64,000 nt of DNA from an uncultured bacterium (GTDB lineage Bacteria > Auribacterota > Erginobacteria > Erginobacterales > Erginobacteraceae): contig CAWGIE010000023.1 of NCBI GenBank assembly GCA_963822585.1, positions 1 to 64,000 of the forward strand, in the 5' to 3' direction. Below, in pieces: positions 47,701 to 56,377 of the stretch; position 1 is the stretch's first letter; every line of letters begins with the position of its first letter. A program made the position numbers and the translations under genes. The notes under the pieces are model-generated. The model saw nothing but the letters and a program-made list of their open reading frames with translations, was not told the origin of the DNA and did not search any database.

Positions 47701-48387
47701 CGCGTTAAAAACATCCTCGATCGTCACCCCATAGGCCCGCATCGCGTCGGGATCGACGTCGATCTGATATTCCTGGACGAAGCCCCCGATCGAGGCGACC
47801 TCGCTCACTCCCCCCGCGGAAAGAAGGGCATAGCGGACGTACCAGTCCTGGACCGACCTCAGTTCGTTGAGGTCCCAGCCCCCGGTGGGGTTCCCCTCCT
47901 TGTCCCGGCCTTCCAACGTGTACCAGAAGACCTGCCCCAGCGGCGTCGCGTCCGGCCCCAGCGCGGGCTGCACGCCTTCCGGGAGTGTACCGGCGGGAAG
48001 ACTGTTCAGCTTCTCCAGGACCCGACTCCGCGACCAGTAAAATTCGATATTCTCCTCGAAGATGATATAGATCGTGGAGAATCCGAAGAAAGAATAGCAG
48101 CGGATAGTCTTCACGCCGGGGACGCCGAGAAGGGAGACCGTGAGGGGGTAGGTGATCTGGTCCTCGACGTCCTGGGGGGACCGCCCCGGCCATTGCGTGA
48201 AAACGATTTGCTGATTTTCGCCGATATCGGGGATGGCGTCGGTGGGAACGGGGTCGCGCGGGAGCCGGCCGAGATCCCAATCGAAGGGCGCCACCATAAT
48301 CCCCCAGACGGCGATGAAGATGATCCCCAGGGAGACAACCAGTTTATTCTCCAGACAGAACCGGATAATCCGATCAAGGATCGTCAT
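44707..48387 (-). CDS. cusA: CusA-family heavy-metal RND efflux permease
   Basis: DAIPDIGENQ.IV, LGPDAT, EFMPPLDEG, DPAPISMIET and RVRPCLMT motifs. Confidence 0.92.
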   Translation of the reverse strand: MTILDRIIRFCLENKLVVSLGIIFIAVWGIMVAPFDWDLGRLPRDPVPTDAIPDIGENQQIVFTQWPGRSPQDVEDQITYPLTVSLLGVPGVKTIRCYSFFGFSTIYIIFEENIEFYWSRSRVLEKLNSLPAGTLPEGVQPALGPDATPLGQVFWYTLEGRDKEGNPTGGWDLNELRSVQDWYVRYALLSAGGVSEVASIGGFVQEYQIDVDPDAMRAYGVTIEDVFNAVRMSNVDIGARSIEVNKVEYFIRGLGFIKGLKDLEMSVIKVNENVPIYIKDVGQVTLGPALRRGALDKEGAEVVGGVVVVRYGENPLQVIKNVKKKIEEITPGLGEKTLPDGTVSHLAIVPFYDRTGLIYETLGTLSKALTEEILITIIVVIVMVMHLRSSILISASLPLAILMCFIAMKLFGVDANIVALSGIAIAIGTIVDMGIIVSENILKHLDAAKPGENRLEVIFRAVSEIGSAVLTAVSTTVVSFLPVFTMTAAEGKLFKPLAFTKTFALIASIIVALTVIPPFAHLLFRGRFESKKLMRFLNVLLIIFGVAVWVIVAWWAGSILILLALLELLRPLLSEKVRRAIPFLAIGLAILVVTVILTRHWLPLGPEKGFTRNFIFVVLITGVLLVFFKLFERFFGAILSWCLRHKALFLSFPLVIVIAGGFIWKGLGKEFMPPLDEGSFLWMPSTMPHASIGEALDILQKQDMLIGSIPEIESVVGKLGRAETPLDPAPISMIETIINYKPEYITDKDGHRESFRYDKKKQEFVRSEDGELIPDPHGRPYRQWRPRIKKPDDIWAEIVKVARIPGTTSAPKLQPIAARIVMLQSGMRAPLGVKVKGPDLETIETVGLEIEKFLKEVPSVEPSAVIADRIVGKPYLEIEIDREAVARYGIMIRRIQDTLEVAIGGKKITTTVEGRQRYPVRVRYLRELRDQIESLGRILIPAPDGTRIPLIQLAKINYRAGPQVIKTEDTRLVGYVIFDMKPGQAEVNVVEDCQNYLKKKLADGEFDLPAGVSYEFAGSYKNQLRAQAKLAIVLPLALFIIFLILFFQFKTVPTTLLVFSSILVAWAGGFIMIWFYGQPWFLNFSVFGESMRELFQVHPFNLSVAVWVGFLALFGISSDNGVIMATYLDQSFRKRTPASVEDIREATLQAGLRRVRPCLMTAGTTILALIPVLTSVGRGADVMVPMAIPSFGGMTIVLIGLIVVPVLYCSVEEWKFKFRSKNGKRD

Positions 48388-48388
48388 C

Positions 48389-50383
48389 TTAGATTCCCTT
48401 TAAGCTTTCCTTGACTGCTCCGCACTTCGGCATCGACTGACCGAAGAAGGGGTTGCGCGCCGTTTCGTTTTCCTGGAGCCAGTAAGCCCCTTTGTTGGCG
48501 AAGGCCATAGGGCAGAAAAAGAGATAATAGGTCGCCGGGCCGGAATGGCCGAACTTTTTTTCCAAAGAAATGACGTTCTGAGAAAGGTGGTGGAATCCCT
48601 CCCGAGCTTCTTCCAGCGTCTTCGCGTTACCGCCGACCATGGCGTCATTCTTCAGTTTTCGAGAAAGTTCCATCCAGGCCGCGTGGGGATGTCCTTCGAG
48701 GAGGTTCATATCCACGGAATCGACGGCCTCGACCAGTGCCCCGTAGCCGCCTCGGGCGCCGTCAAGATCGTCTCCGGCCAGATAGGCCTGGATGTGAAAA
48801 TAGGTCCCGTAAAGACGGGCCAAAGAGTCTCGGAATGTCGGAGAAATATAGATGGGGATTTTCTCCTTCACCTCCCCGGTCGCCTTCACGGAGGCGGCCG
48901 GGCCTTGGTGATGCCCTCCTCCCCCGCCCCCTCCCTCCGGCATCATCATGCTTGGTTTCGCCTCTATCTGGATCGCGCTGTCGATTTTGAAGTTCCCGTT
49001 GGTAACGACCAGCTCGCCTTCCTGAAGGCCGGAACGGACGATATAATAATCCCCGGCCCGCGGCCCCAGGACGACCTCCCTTCCCTCGAAGGTAGGCTCT
49101 TCCGTTCCGGGCACCTCGACGTATACCACGGCGCGCGTGCCCGTTTTGAGCGCGGCCGTAACCGGGATCACCAGAGGGGCTTCGGTCTTTTCGCCGCTGA
49201 CATAGCCGAGGGACTCGGTCGTCACCAGCGGCATCCCGCAGATCGGGCAATCGCCCGCCTCATCCCTGACCACGCTGGGATGCATGGGGCAGATCCACTT
49301 GCCGGCTAAATCCGGATCCATCACCTTGCCGCCTGCCGCCACTTCCGTTTTGACAACGGCCCGGACGAACATCCCCGGCTTAAGCGTACCCTGGGGATTG
49401 TCAACATCGACCCGAAGCTTGATGGTGTGTGTCTTTTCGTCGAGAAAAGGATCGATAAAGGAGATCTTGCCCCGGTAAATCACCCCCGGATCGGCTACGG
49501 TCGTGAATTCGACATCCTGCCCGTACCGGAGCCAGACCATGTCGGATTCATAGGCATCGAGTTTCACCCATACCTGGGAGAGATCGGCGATGGTATAAAT
49601 GCGTGTTCCCGTCTGAACGTACATTCCCTCGACCGCGTTCTTATGGATCACGATCCCGCTCATGGGCGAGTAGATCGTGATGTGGTCGGATGGGGTGGTA
49701 TTATTCTCTATTTTCTTTATCTGCTCCTCGGAGAGCCCCCAGAGACGCAGTCTCTCCCTGGCCGCCTCGACCGTAGCGGCGGCGGTCGACTTCACAATCC
49801 CGATCTCGCTCTTACCCAGCTCCTTAACGGCCTGAATCGCCTGCAGGAGTTCCTCTTCAGTGGCCAGGACTTCAGGACTATACATGGATACCATGTGCTC
49901 CCCTTTCTTCACCTGGATCCCCGTATAATCCACGAAGAGACGGTCGATCCGTCCCGATATCCAGGCGGTAATATAACCCAGCCGGGTCTCGTCGAAATCA
50001 ACCTTACCCACCATACGGATCTCGGCGGTGACGAATTTCCGCTCCACCGGGCTCACCTGGATCTGGGCCAGTTTCCTGGCCGTCTCGGACATGGTCAGCC
50101 GGCGCGCCCCTCCCATTTCATCGCCGCCGGGCGTTACCGGGATCAGGTCCATTCCGCAGATCGGACAGGGGCCGGGCTCCGGCAGCCTGATCTGAGGATG
50201 CATGGCACAGGTCCAGATCGTCGCCTGCTTCACCTCCGCCGGCGCGGCGGTTTCTTCTGTCCGCGCGGTCTTTGGCTTTTCTCCGCCCCGAAACAGATAG
50301 CCCAGAACAAAAGCAACGATTGCCAGCAGAACAAGCAATATTATGGTGATCCGTTTTTTGTTACCGGCTTTTGATTCACTCAT
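48389..50383 (-). CDS. cusB: CusB-family periplasmic adaptor with two heavy-metal-binding domains and a DUF3347-like C-terminus
   Basis: WTCAMHP...CPICGMDL, WICPMHP...CPICGMPL, LKPGMF and CPMA...GAYWLQ...NPFFG..M.KCG; likely start ATG 50383. Confidence 0.9.
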   Translation of the reverse strand: MSESKAGNKKRITIILLVLLAIVAFVLGYLFRGGEKPKTARTEETAAPAEVKQATIWTCAMHPQIRLPEPGPCPICGMDLIPVTPGGDEMGGARRLTMSETARKLAQIQVSPVERKFVTAEIRMVGKVDFDETRLGYITAWISGRIDRLFVDYTGIQVKKGEHMVSMYSPEVLATEEELLQAIQAVKELGKSEIGIVKSTAAATVEAARERLRLWGLSEEQIKKIENNTTPSDHITIYSPMSGIVIHKNAVEGMYVQTGTRIYTIADLSQVWVKLDAYESDMVWLRYGQDVEFTTVADPGVIYRGKISFIDPFLDEKTHTIKLRVDVDNPQGTLKPGMFVRAVVKTEVAAGGKVMDPDLAGKWICPMHPSVVRDEAGDCPICGMPLVTTESLGYVSGEKTEAPLVIPVTAALKTGTRAVVYVEVPGTEEPTFEGREVVLGPRAGDYYIVRSGLQEGELVVTNGNFKIDSAIQIEAKPSMMMPEGGGGGGGHHQGPAASVKATGEVKEKIPIYISPTFRDSLARLYGTYFHIQAYLAGDDLDGARGGYGALVEAVDSVDMNLLEGHPHAAWMELSRKLKNDAMVGGNAKTLEEAREGFHHLSQNVISLEKKFGHSGPATYYLFFCPMAFANKGAYWLQENETARNPFFGQSMPKCGAVKESLKGI

Positions 50384-51779
50384 TAAGGTTCCCTCCTGCT
50401 TCCGATGCGGGTCTGCCCCGGGGGATCTCAATACCCACCAGTTCCTCCAGTTCGGCCAACCGCTGGGCCTGGTTAGTGAGAGCTCTTTCGCATGAAAGCT
50501 GGAACTCCAGAAGAATCCGTTGGGCGTCGATCAGGTTCAGAAAATCCAGTTTCCCTGTTCGATAAGCGGCTTCCGTGGCTTGAAGAGACTGTTTTCCTTT
50601 GGGAATGAGCGTATCGCGGTAGAGATTGACCTTTCTCTCGGCATCCCGGTAGTTGAAGAGTGAGAGTTCTACTTCGTAAAAAAGGGCGTTTTCTTTATTT
50701 TTCATTGTATTTTGGGCCGCGAGAAAGCCGGCACGGGCGGAGCGCTCGGCGGCCTTGTAATTGGAATACCAGATCGGCAGGTTGATCGAGATGCCGGCTA
50801 TGACCGCGTCTTTCCCCGCGTCCTCGGCAGTGACGTTATCCGTACCCGTGTCTATCCAGGTCATGTCGAGCGAGACATCGGGTATGAATTCCCGCTGCGC
50901 CAGATCGATGGCGTTCCTCGCCTTCTCGATATCGAATTCCAAAGCCTTGAGTTCGGGGTTAGCGCTCCTGAGCAAGGCAATCAGCTCCTGGTCGGTCGCC
51001 GCGATCTTCTCTTCGGGGATACTTTTGGGCTCGGGGAGTTCCCTATATACCGGGCGGTTGAGAGCGGCGTTCAGCCGGGCGATGATCGGTTCCTTCATGT
51101 CGATCAGCTGCCGCCACCGATCGTCAAGCTTCCCCTGCTCGATCTGGGCCTTGATAAGATCGGGATGGTTGGAAGCGCCGACCGCGTATTTCGTCCGAAT
51201 GATCTCTTCGAAGTAAGAGAGAAGGTCGAGATTTTCCCTGGTGATGGCTATCGACCGCGCGAGGTAGTAGTATTCGTAATAGGCGTTTTTTACCTGGTAA
51301 AAGAGCTTCAGCTTCTCCATCCGGTAATGCTCCTCCGCGGCGTTCGCCTCGGCCAACTTCATCTCCGAGCTCGATTTAAGCTTGCCGTACCAGGGGAACA
51401 TCTGTGAGATGCTGAATTTCTGGCGCTGCGGACCGACCCGGGTCTCAACCGACTCGATGAAGTAGCCGTAGGTAAATCGGGGGTCCGGGAGAGAGCGGGC
51501 CGGGAGGATCTTCTCCAGGGCCGCTTTCCAGCGATTAAAGGCGGCTTCGAGCCCGGGGTTGTTCAGGGCCGCGTAAGCGAGATAGTCGGAGAGCGTCGAA
51601 TCCTCGTCCAATCGGGGGAGCTCGCTGCCGGCACTGGAAGGGGTTGCCTTTGTTTCATATGTTGAACGGTCGATCGCGCGATACCGTTCGAAGGCCTGAT
51701 CTTCCCGCGTGGACGCGCACCCTTCCAGAAAGATGAGAGACAACGCCGCGTAACAGATAGTTGCCCTAATAATCTTCAT
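50376..51779 (-). CDS. TolC/CusC-family outer membrane efflux lipoprotein
   Basis: Lipobox LEGC; NNPGL, SQMFPWYGK, INLPIW and Y.TGK.DFLNLIDAQ motifs. Confidence 0.9.
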   Translation of the reverse strand: MKIIRATICYAALSLIFLEGCASTREDQAFERYRAIDRSTYETKATPSSAGSELPRLDEDSTLSDYLAYAALNNPGLEAAFNRWKAALEKILPARSLPDPRFTYGYFIESVETRVGPQRQKFSISQMFPWYGKLKSSSEMKLAEANAAEEHYRMEKLKLFYQVKNAYYEYYYLARSIAITRENLDLLSYFEEIIRTKYAVGASNHPDLIKAQIEQGKLDDRWRQLIDMKEPIIARLNAALNRPVYRELPEPKSIPEEKIAATDQELIALLRSANPELKALEFDIEKARNAIDLAQREFIPDVSLDMTWIDTGTDNVTAEDAGKDAVIAGISINLPIWYSNYKAAERSARAGFLAAQNTMKNKENALFYEVELSLFNYRDAERKVNLYRDTLIPKGKQSLQATEAAYRTGKLDFLNLIDAQRILLEFQLSCERALTNQAQRLAELEELVGIEIPRGRPASEAGGNLNE

Positions 51780-51908
51780 ATTACTCCTCCCGATATCACC
51801 GCCGCCGGGCCAAGTATCATAAAGACTATCGCCTTACCAGATGATGGTATCCTAATTATTCGTATTGTCTTCATACGCTTTTCCAGATAAAAATTTCCCC
51901 GGAAATTT

Positions 51909-52196
51909 TTATAATTTATGGAGCCTCTTCACCACCTCCATTATCTCCTCGATCTTCTCCCGTTTCTCTCTTTCCGAACTTCCCTGGAAAGCATCGGTCA
52001 CGCAATGCTCCAGGTGACGGGCGAAAATAGATTCCGCCACCCGGTAGAGAGCGTTGATCGCCGCGTGAAGCTGGGTGATGATATCGGTGCAGTATTTTTT
52101 TTCTTCTATCATCTTCTGAATACCCCGGAGCTGCCCCTCGATCCTTCTCAGAGAAACCAGTTCTTTTTCATGGGTCGTATGGGAAATAGGTGTCAT
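51909..52196 (-). CDS. csoR: CsoR/RcnR-family metal-sensing repressor
   Basis: LRRIEGQLRGIQKMI, YC.DII.Q and HLEHCV (Cys-His-Cys fingerprint with Tyr before the first Cys). Confidence 0.9.
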   Translation of the reverse strand: MTPISHTTHEKELVSLRRIEGQLRGIQKMIEEKKYCTDIITQLHAAINALYRVAESIFARHLEHCVTDAFQGSSEREKREKIEEIMEVVKRLHKL

Positions 52197-52242
52197 TTCG
52201 GGTCATCCTTTTGGGGGTTCGCACTTCATCGTTGACGAGGGT

Positions 52243-52270
52243 AATATACCATACCCCCCTATGGTGTCAA
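52243..52270 (-). promoter_or_regulatory. sigma70 promoter with CsoR-type operator
   Basis: Minus strand: TTGACA (52270-52265), 16 bp, TATATT (52248-52243) with upstream TG; palindrome ACCATA-G6-TATGGT (52248-52265) fills the spacer. Confidence 0.85.
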
Positions 52271-52413
52271 TACCCCTCTGAGGGGGATTCGGGCGCAGTG
52301 ATTAACTTCGGATCGATCAATACGAGAAGCCTGATGGAGAATAAGCAGACTTCGCCGGGAATTTTCGGGACTCTTATCCCGGCACCGGAGAAGGATGTAA
52401 CCGGTGGCCATAG

Positions 52414-52884
52414 TTACCTGCCGCCCCGGTGCCGGTCCTTCGCACGGCCTTTTTCCCGCTGTTCCGAGGGGAAGAGCCGCTCCCCCGCAAACCGGTGTTT
52501 GACCCGAAAAAGGAGCGTATAGGTGAGGGGCGCGCAGGGATTGTAAATGTGGTCGGCGATGATATGGAGCGTGAACCCGAGGGAGAAGCCCCAGGCCCAG
52601 GGACGGCGGATGACGGCCAGGCTGAGAACCCAGAGAACGACCGCCAGCTCATACGAATGGAGAAAGAGGAAATATTTGTTATACACGTGCTCGTTGGCGG
52701 CGCGGAAGAATTCCCTGACGGACAATCGGCGAAGGCCGAAATAGTAGTAGTATTCAAACAGGTGGTCGAGGTCGATGAAGATCCCCGCGAGGAAACAGGC
52801 GAGTGCGGCGCTCACCGAGTACGAGAAAAGATAAACCGCACCCGAGCTGATAATCGATAACAGGGTGTGGTGAGGCAGCTTCAT
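52414..52884 (-). CDS. membrane protein, putative metal-dependent hydrolase
   Basis: HH, IDLDH, LHSYE and HIIAD motifs with TM segments. Confidence 0.7.
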   Translation of the reverse strand: MKLPHHTLLSIISSGAVYLFSYSVSAALACFLAGIFIDLDHLFEYYYYFGLRRLSVREFFRAANEHVYNKYFLFLHSYELAVVLWVLSLAVIRRPWAWGFSLGFTLHIIADHIYNPCAPLTYTLLFRVKHRFAGERLFPSEQREKGRAKDRHRGGR

Positions 52885-53216
52885 TTATAAATTAGCGGCT
52901 TCGCCGCTACTTTATGTGGACCCCCGACTGATTCAGTCGGGGGTCTGTTGGTTAACTAAAATAATTCCATCGAGGCAATCACCCAAAAAAGCCTTCCAAC
53001 CATTAGTCAACCTGAGCCTCCTGAGACATGATTTTTTGTTGGCTTGAAGTATACAGCTCTTATTTTTTCAGAGAAAAAACAAGCTTATTGTGCGCCATAG
53101 GCGTACCCCGATGGCTATCGGCTGCTCATCGAAGCGGTAGATTAGATCCAGCAGCCTACCCCGCCTCTGTCCCGAAGCCTTAATCGGGATAAAATCGGGA
53201 GTCGTTAATTGATGTA

Positions 53217-53258
53217 AAACAGCGCTCAATCCATCTCAGATAGGGTTGAGCGCTGTTT
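53217..53258 (-). terminator. stem-loop after ORF 53276-53533, possible terminator
   Basis: AAACAGCGCTCAA ... TTGAGCGCTGTTT, perfect 13-bp stem. Confidence 0.45.
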
Positions 53259-53275
53259 GATCATTTAACTGACTA

Positions 53276-53533
53276 TTAATTATTATCCGGGGGTAACTGG
53301 AGTCCGATCTTATGGGCGATCTCCTTGAATTCCGGGCCGGAGATGTCGTTGAGGGTTTTACCCCTCAGCTTCAGCTGCTCGTTGAATTTGATCGCTTTCT
53401 CCTGCATCAGGGAATGGGTGTCCTGAGATCCCCCGTAAAGGCGGAAATTATCTCCCCTGGTGATCCGGCAATGCCCGTCCCGGCAGTCAAATCCCAGTCC
53501 GAGAAGAAGTGATTTTAGATGTTTGTTATCCAT
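53276..53533 (-). CDS. small conserved hypothetical protein
   Basis: LLGLGFD..DGH.RITRG.NF.L.GGS..TH..MQE..IKFNE.L pattern, recalled from PVC-group proteins. Confidence 0.75.
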   Translation of the reverse strand: MDNKHLKSLLLGLGFDCRDGHCRITRGDNFRLYGGSQDTHSLMQEKAIKFNEQLKLRGKTLNDISGPEFKEIAHKIGLQLPPDNN

Positions 53534-53906
53534 TAGAATTTAGCTTCGCAACTTATTTGACCGCGGATCTCGCGAATCTTCGCTCATTTAAAAAATAAAA
53601 TACAACCTTCCGGTTGTCAATATAGATATACCTCATCCTGTTATTAATGTCAAATCGCCTGACAATGCCGGCAAGATAAAAACTCGCGGGGGGAGTGGTT
53701 CTCTTGATGATAATTTCATTGCCCGGCGGTGACCCTGGCGATATAGTATAATTTGCAGGCAGGACTTGTTTACCTATTTTGAAATGTGATGATTTTTGGT
53801 GCAAATAAGAGGACGAGATAGGGGGAAACAATCCTATTCAATCACATCCGATCGTCTGTTGAAAAGGGGCCGAGGCGGTGGAACATAATCTGCGTACGTC
53901 TGTGTA

Positions 53907-54152
53907 ATGCGCGAAAGGAGGTTTCCAGTGGTTAAACATCCGGGGAAAAAGCATGTTTACGAGAGTGATTTTGAGAAGATGCACATGTACGCAATCAAAG
54001 ATCGGGCGGCCATGCTGCGGGATCTCGATTATAGCAGTTCCGAAGTGAAAACGCGGCTGAAACAGGACATTGAATGGGAATACGAGGGGAATGAGCTTCC
54101 CGGTTATTATTCCCATATCGACAAAATCGTGGATTACGTCTTTGGAAAATGA
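53907..54152 (+). CDS. small hypothetical protein
   Basis: ATGA overlap with the following gene; true start may be the GTG after AAGGAGG (53928). Confidence 0.65.
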   Translation: MRERRFPVVKHPGKKHVYESDFEKMHMYAIKDRAAMLRDLDYSSSEVKTRLKQDIEWEYEGNELPGYYSHIDKIVDYVFGK

Positions 54153-54457
54153 AAGAGCTGATCGAAGCCGTCCGGGAATTTCATCGCAAATACTCTCTCA
54201 AGGAGCGGGGTGGCGAGGACATGCTGCATCGCATGAACCTGATCATGGAAGAGGTGGGAGAGATCAGCCAATGCCTGACCAAGGGGAGACCGCGAGAAGA
54301 CCTGATCGAAGAACATGCCGATCTCCTGATCCTGTTGATCGGGAACGCCATCGCTCTCGACTTTGACCTCGAAAAGGCCTTCTGGGAAAAACTGGCCAAG
54401 ATCATGCGCCGAAAAGCGCGTATGGTGAACGGTACCGTCCGGGTGACCGAGACCTGA
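54149..54457 (+). CDS. MazG-like nucleotide pyrophosphohydrolase
   Basis: EEVGE...EEHAD (ExxE/ExxD) and DLEKAFWEKL motifs. Confidence 0.85.
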   Translation: MKELIEAVREFHRKYSLKERGGEDMLHRMNLIMEEVGEISQCLTKGRPREDLIEEHADLLILLIGNAIALDFDLEKAFWEKLAKIMRRKARMVNGTVRVTET

Positions 54458-54585
54458 AACCCCCTACCCCGCCCCCTTTTAGAACAGACGATCGAATGTG
54501 ATTGAATATGCAGAGTTACCTCCGCCTCGCCCCCGTTTTACATCGAACGTTGAACGTTGGACGTTGAACGTTCGACGTTCATTTT

Positions 54586-54777
54586 TTAACCCACCTTCTT
54601 CTCCACCCGCTGCTTTCCTACCAATACGTCGTTCACGTAGATCTGGTATGTATCCACCCCCGGGGTCGATTTGAGAATCTTCCTCTCCGCCGGGGCCGCG
54701 CCACGGCCGCAACGCAGGCATTTGCTGTCCTCGCTCCGGAACATCTTTTTACAGGCAAAACAGTAATAAAAGTTCAT
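54586..54777 (-). CDS. small zinc-ribbon protein
   Basis: CFAC...CLRC; ATG after AAGGAG. Confidence 0.65.
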   Translation of the reverse strand: MNFYYCFACKKMFRSEDSKCLRCGRGAAPAERKILKSTPGVDTYQIYVNDVLVGKQRVEKKVG

Positions 54778-54961
54778 GGTTTCTCCTTAGTAAGCTTAAG
54801 CATGTTATACAGAAGGGAATACGGTGATTATCCTATAACAACCGGAAAGAATGGGATAGTGGAATACTGGAAAAAAATTTATAAAATCTACCCCATTGCT
54901 TTATAACTCCAGTACTCGGTTTTTCTTCGTGTCCTTCGTGGTGAATTAATTGGTAGCGGCC

Positions 54962-55975
54962 TTAAACGGCGGAGATGCGGAAGATCCAGTACATCCCCGC
55001 CAGGTAGAGCAAGCTGATCGCGATGTTGACGGCGGCGATCAGGCGCCCGGATGTTTCCGCTTTCAGGTACAGCGCGGCCGCGGTCAGGCCGACCAGCACG
55101 ACACTCATCACACCCGAAACATACACGCCTCCCTCCATCCCGGTGAGGATGTTTCCCTTTCGGTAGGCAAGATCGGCCCAGAAAATGATCCCCAGATTAA
55201 AGATATTGCTCCCCAGGATGTTCCCCAGAGCCATTTCATTCGACCCCATTTTAATCGCCGCCAGACAGACCGACACTTCCGGCAGCGACGTGATCATGGC
55301 CAAAAAGAGAGCGCCGACGAAACTATCCCCCCACTGCGTAATCTCGGCGATCTCGCGGCCGGAACGGGCCAGCCAGAATCCCCCTCCCACCACCAGAATG
55401 ATCGAGACCGCGATCCGGAGATAGAGAGCACGGGCACTTAACTGTTCCGATCCCCGATCTGCGCGTCGCCGGGGTTCGCCGGCGGGATGCTCATCCCGGA
55501 AGAGCTTCCAGGAGCCGACCAGGTAGACGATGATCACCGCCCACGAGGCGAGACTGATGCGGCCGGGGCTGAAGAGGCCGTCTTCCCGGTTCAGGACGGC
55601 AAAACCCAGGACCAGGCCGCTCATCAGGACGATCATCAGGATCATCAGGCGGAAGGGAGCCAGGGTGAGCCCGGCGGTCACCGGGCGCCGGAACCAACAG
55701 ATCCCGATGGCGGCTATGATAAAGAGGTTGAAGGCGTTGCTTCCCAGAACATCGCTCAGGGCGAGAGCGGGTGATCCCGCTATCATGACCGCGCCCAGGG
55801 CGGTGGCGAGTTCGGGGATTGAAGTCACCGCGGCCAGGAAGATAAAGCCGACCCAGATGTCGGTCAAACCGTAACGGTTTCCCAACTCCTTGCCGTTGCG
55901 GGCAAGATAAAAGCCCCCGAAGATTACCAGGCCGGCGCTGATGATAAATTGAAGCCAGACTGCGAAAATGTTCAT
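54962..55975 (-). CDS. cation:Ca2+ antiporter (CaCA, YrbG-like)
   Basis: Duplicated TS.PE and GSN.FN alpha-repeats. Confidence 0.92.
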   Translation of the reverse strand: MNIFAVWLQFIISAGLVIFGGFYLARNGKELGNRYGLTDIWVGFIFLAAVTSIPELATALGAVMIAGSPALALSDVLGSNAFNLFIIAAIGICWFRRPVTAGLTLAPFRLMILMIVLMSGLVLGFAVLNREDGLFSPGRISLASWAVIIVYLVGSWKLFRDEHPAGEPRRRADRGSEQLSARALYLRIAVSIILVVGGGFWLARSGREIAEITQWGDSFVGALFLAMITSLPEVSVCLAAIKMGSNEMALGNILGSNIFNLGIIFWADLAYRKGNILTGMEGGVYVSGVMSVVLVGLTAAALYLKAETSGRLIAAVNIAISLLYLAGMYWIFRISAV

Positions 55976-56256
55976 GGGAAGATCTATCTATGACACAACT
56001 AATTGGTACTGTTCAAAACTAACCCGACGCGCGCATCTCCGTTGCCAGGTATAGCTCGGGTTATCGGGGAAATCCCGGAGCACCAGGAAAACCGGAAAAG
56101 AATACAACATTGTCCCCCGATTGTCACATTATTTAGCCGGGAGCCGATTTTATCGGGAAAATGTTTGCTTATAATCACGATTCCTTGTTAAACTTGTCGC
56201 TTCTGGAATTTCCCCGATAGCTTTCAGGGTGCGTCTCTGGCGCACAATCATTGTTA

Positions 56257-56348
56257 GCCACCAAGGCACATAGGCACCAATAAAAGAGGGGAAAGGGCAA
56301 AATACTCACCCTATTTGGTTTTCCTTAGTGTCTTGGTGTCTTAGTGGC
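56257..56348. repeat. 9-mer-periodic inverted repeat pair
   Basis: GCCACCAAGGCACATAGGCACCAA ... CTTAGTGTCTTGGTGTCTTAGTGGC. Confidence 0.75.
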
Positions 56349-56377
56349 GAAAAGGTGCGTCGAAGGCGCTGATTTAT

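Noticed and set aside
52900..53270. Riboswitch or tRNA in the long intergenic region
   Set aside because: Only short palindromes of the dispersed repeat families were recognised; no cloverleaf or aptamer consensus I can support.
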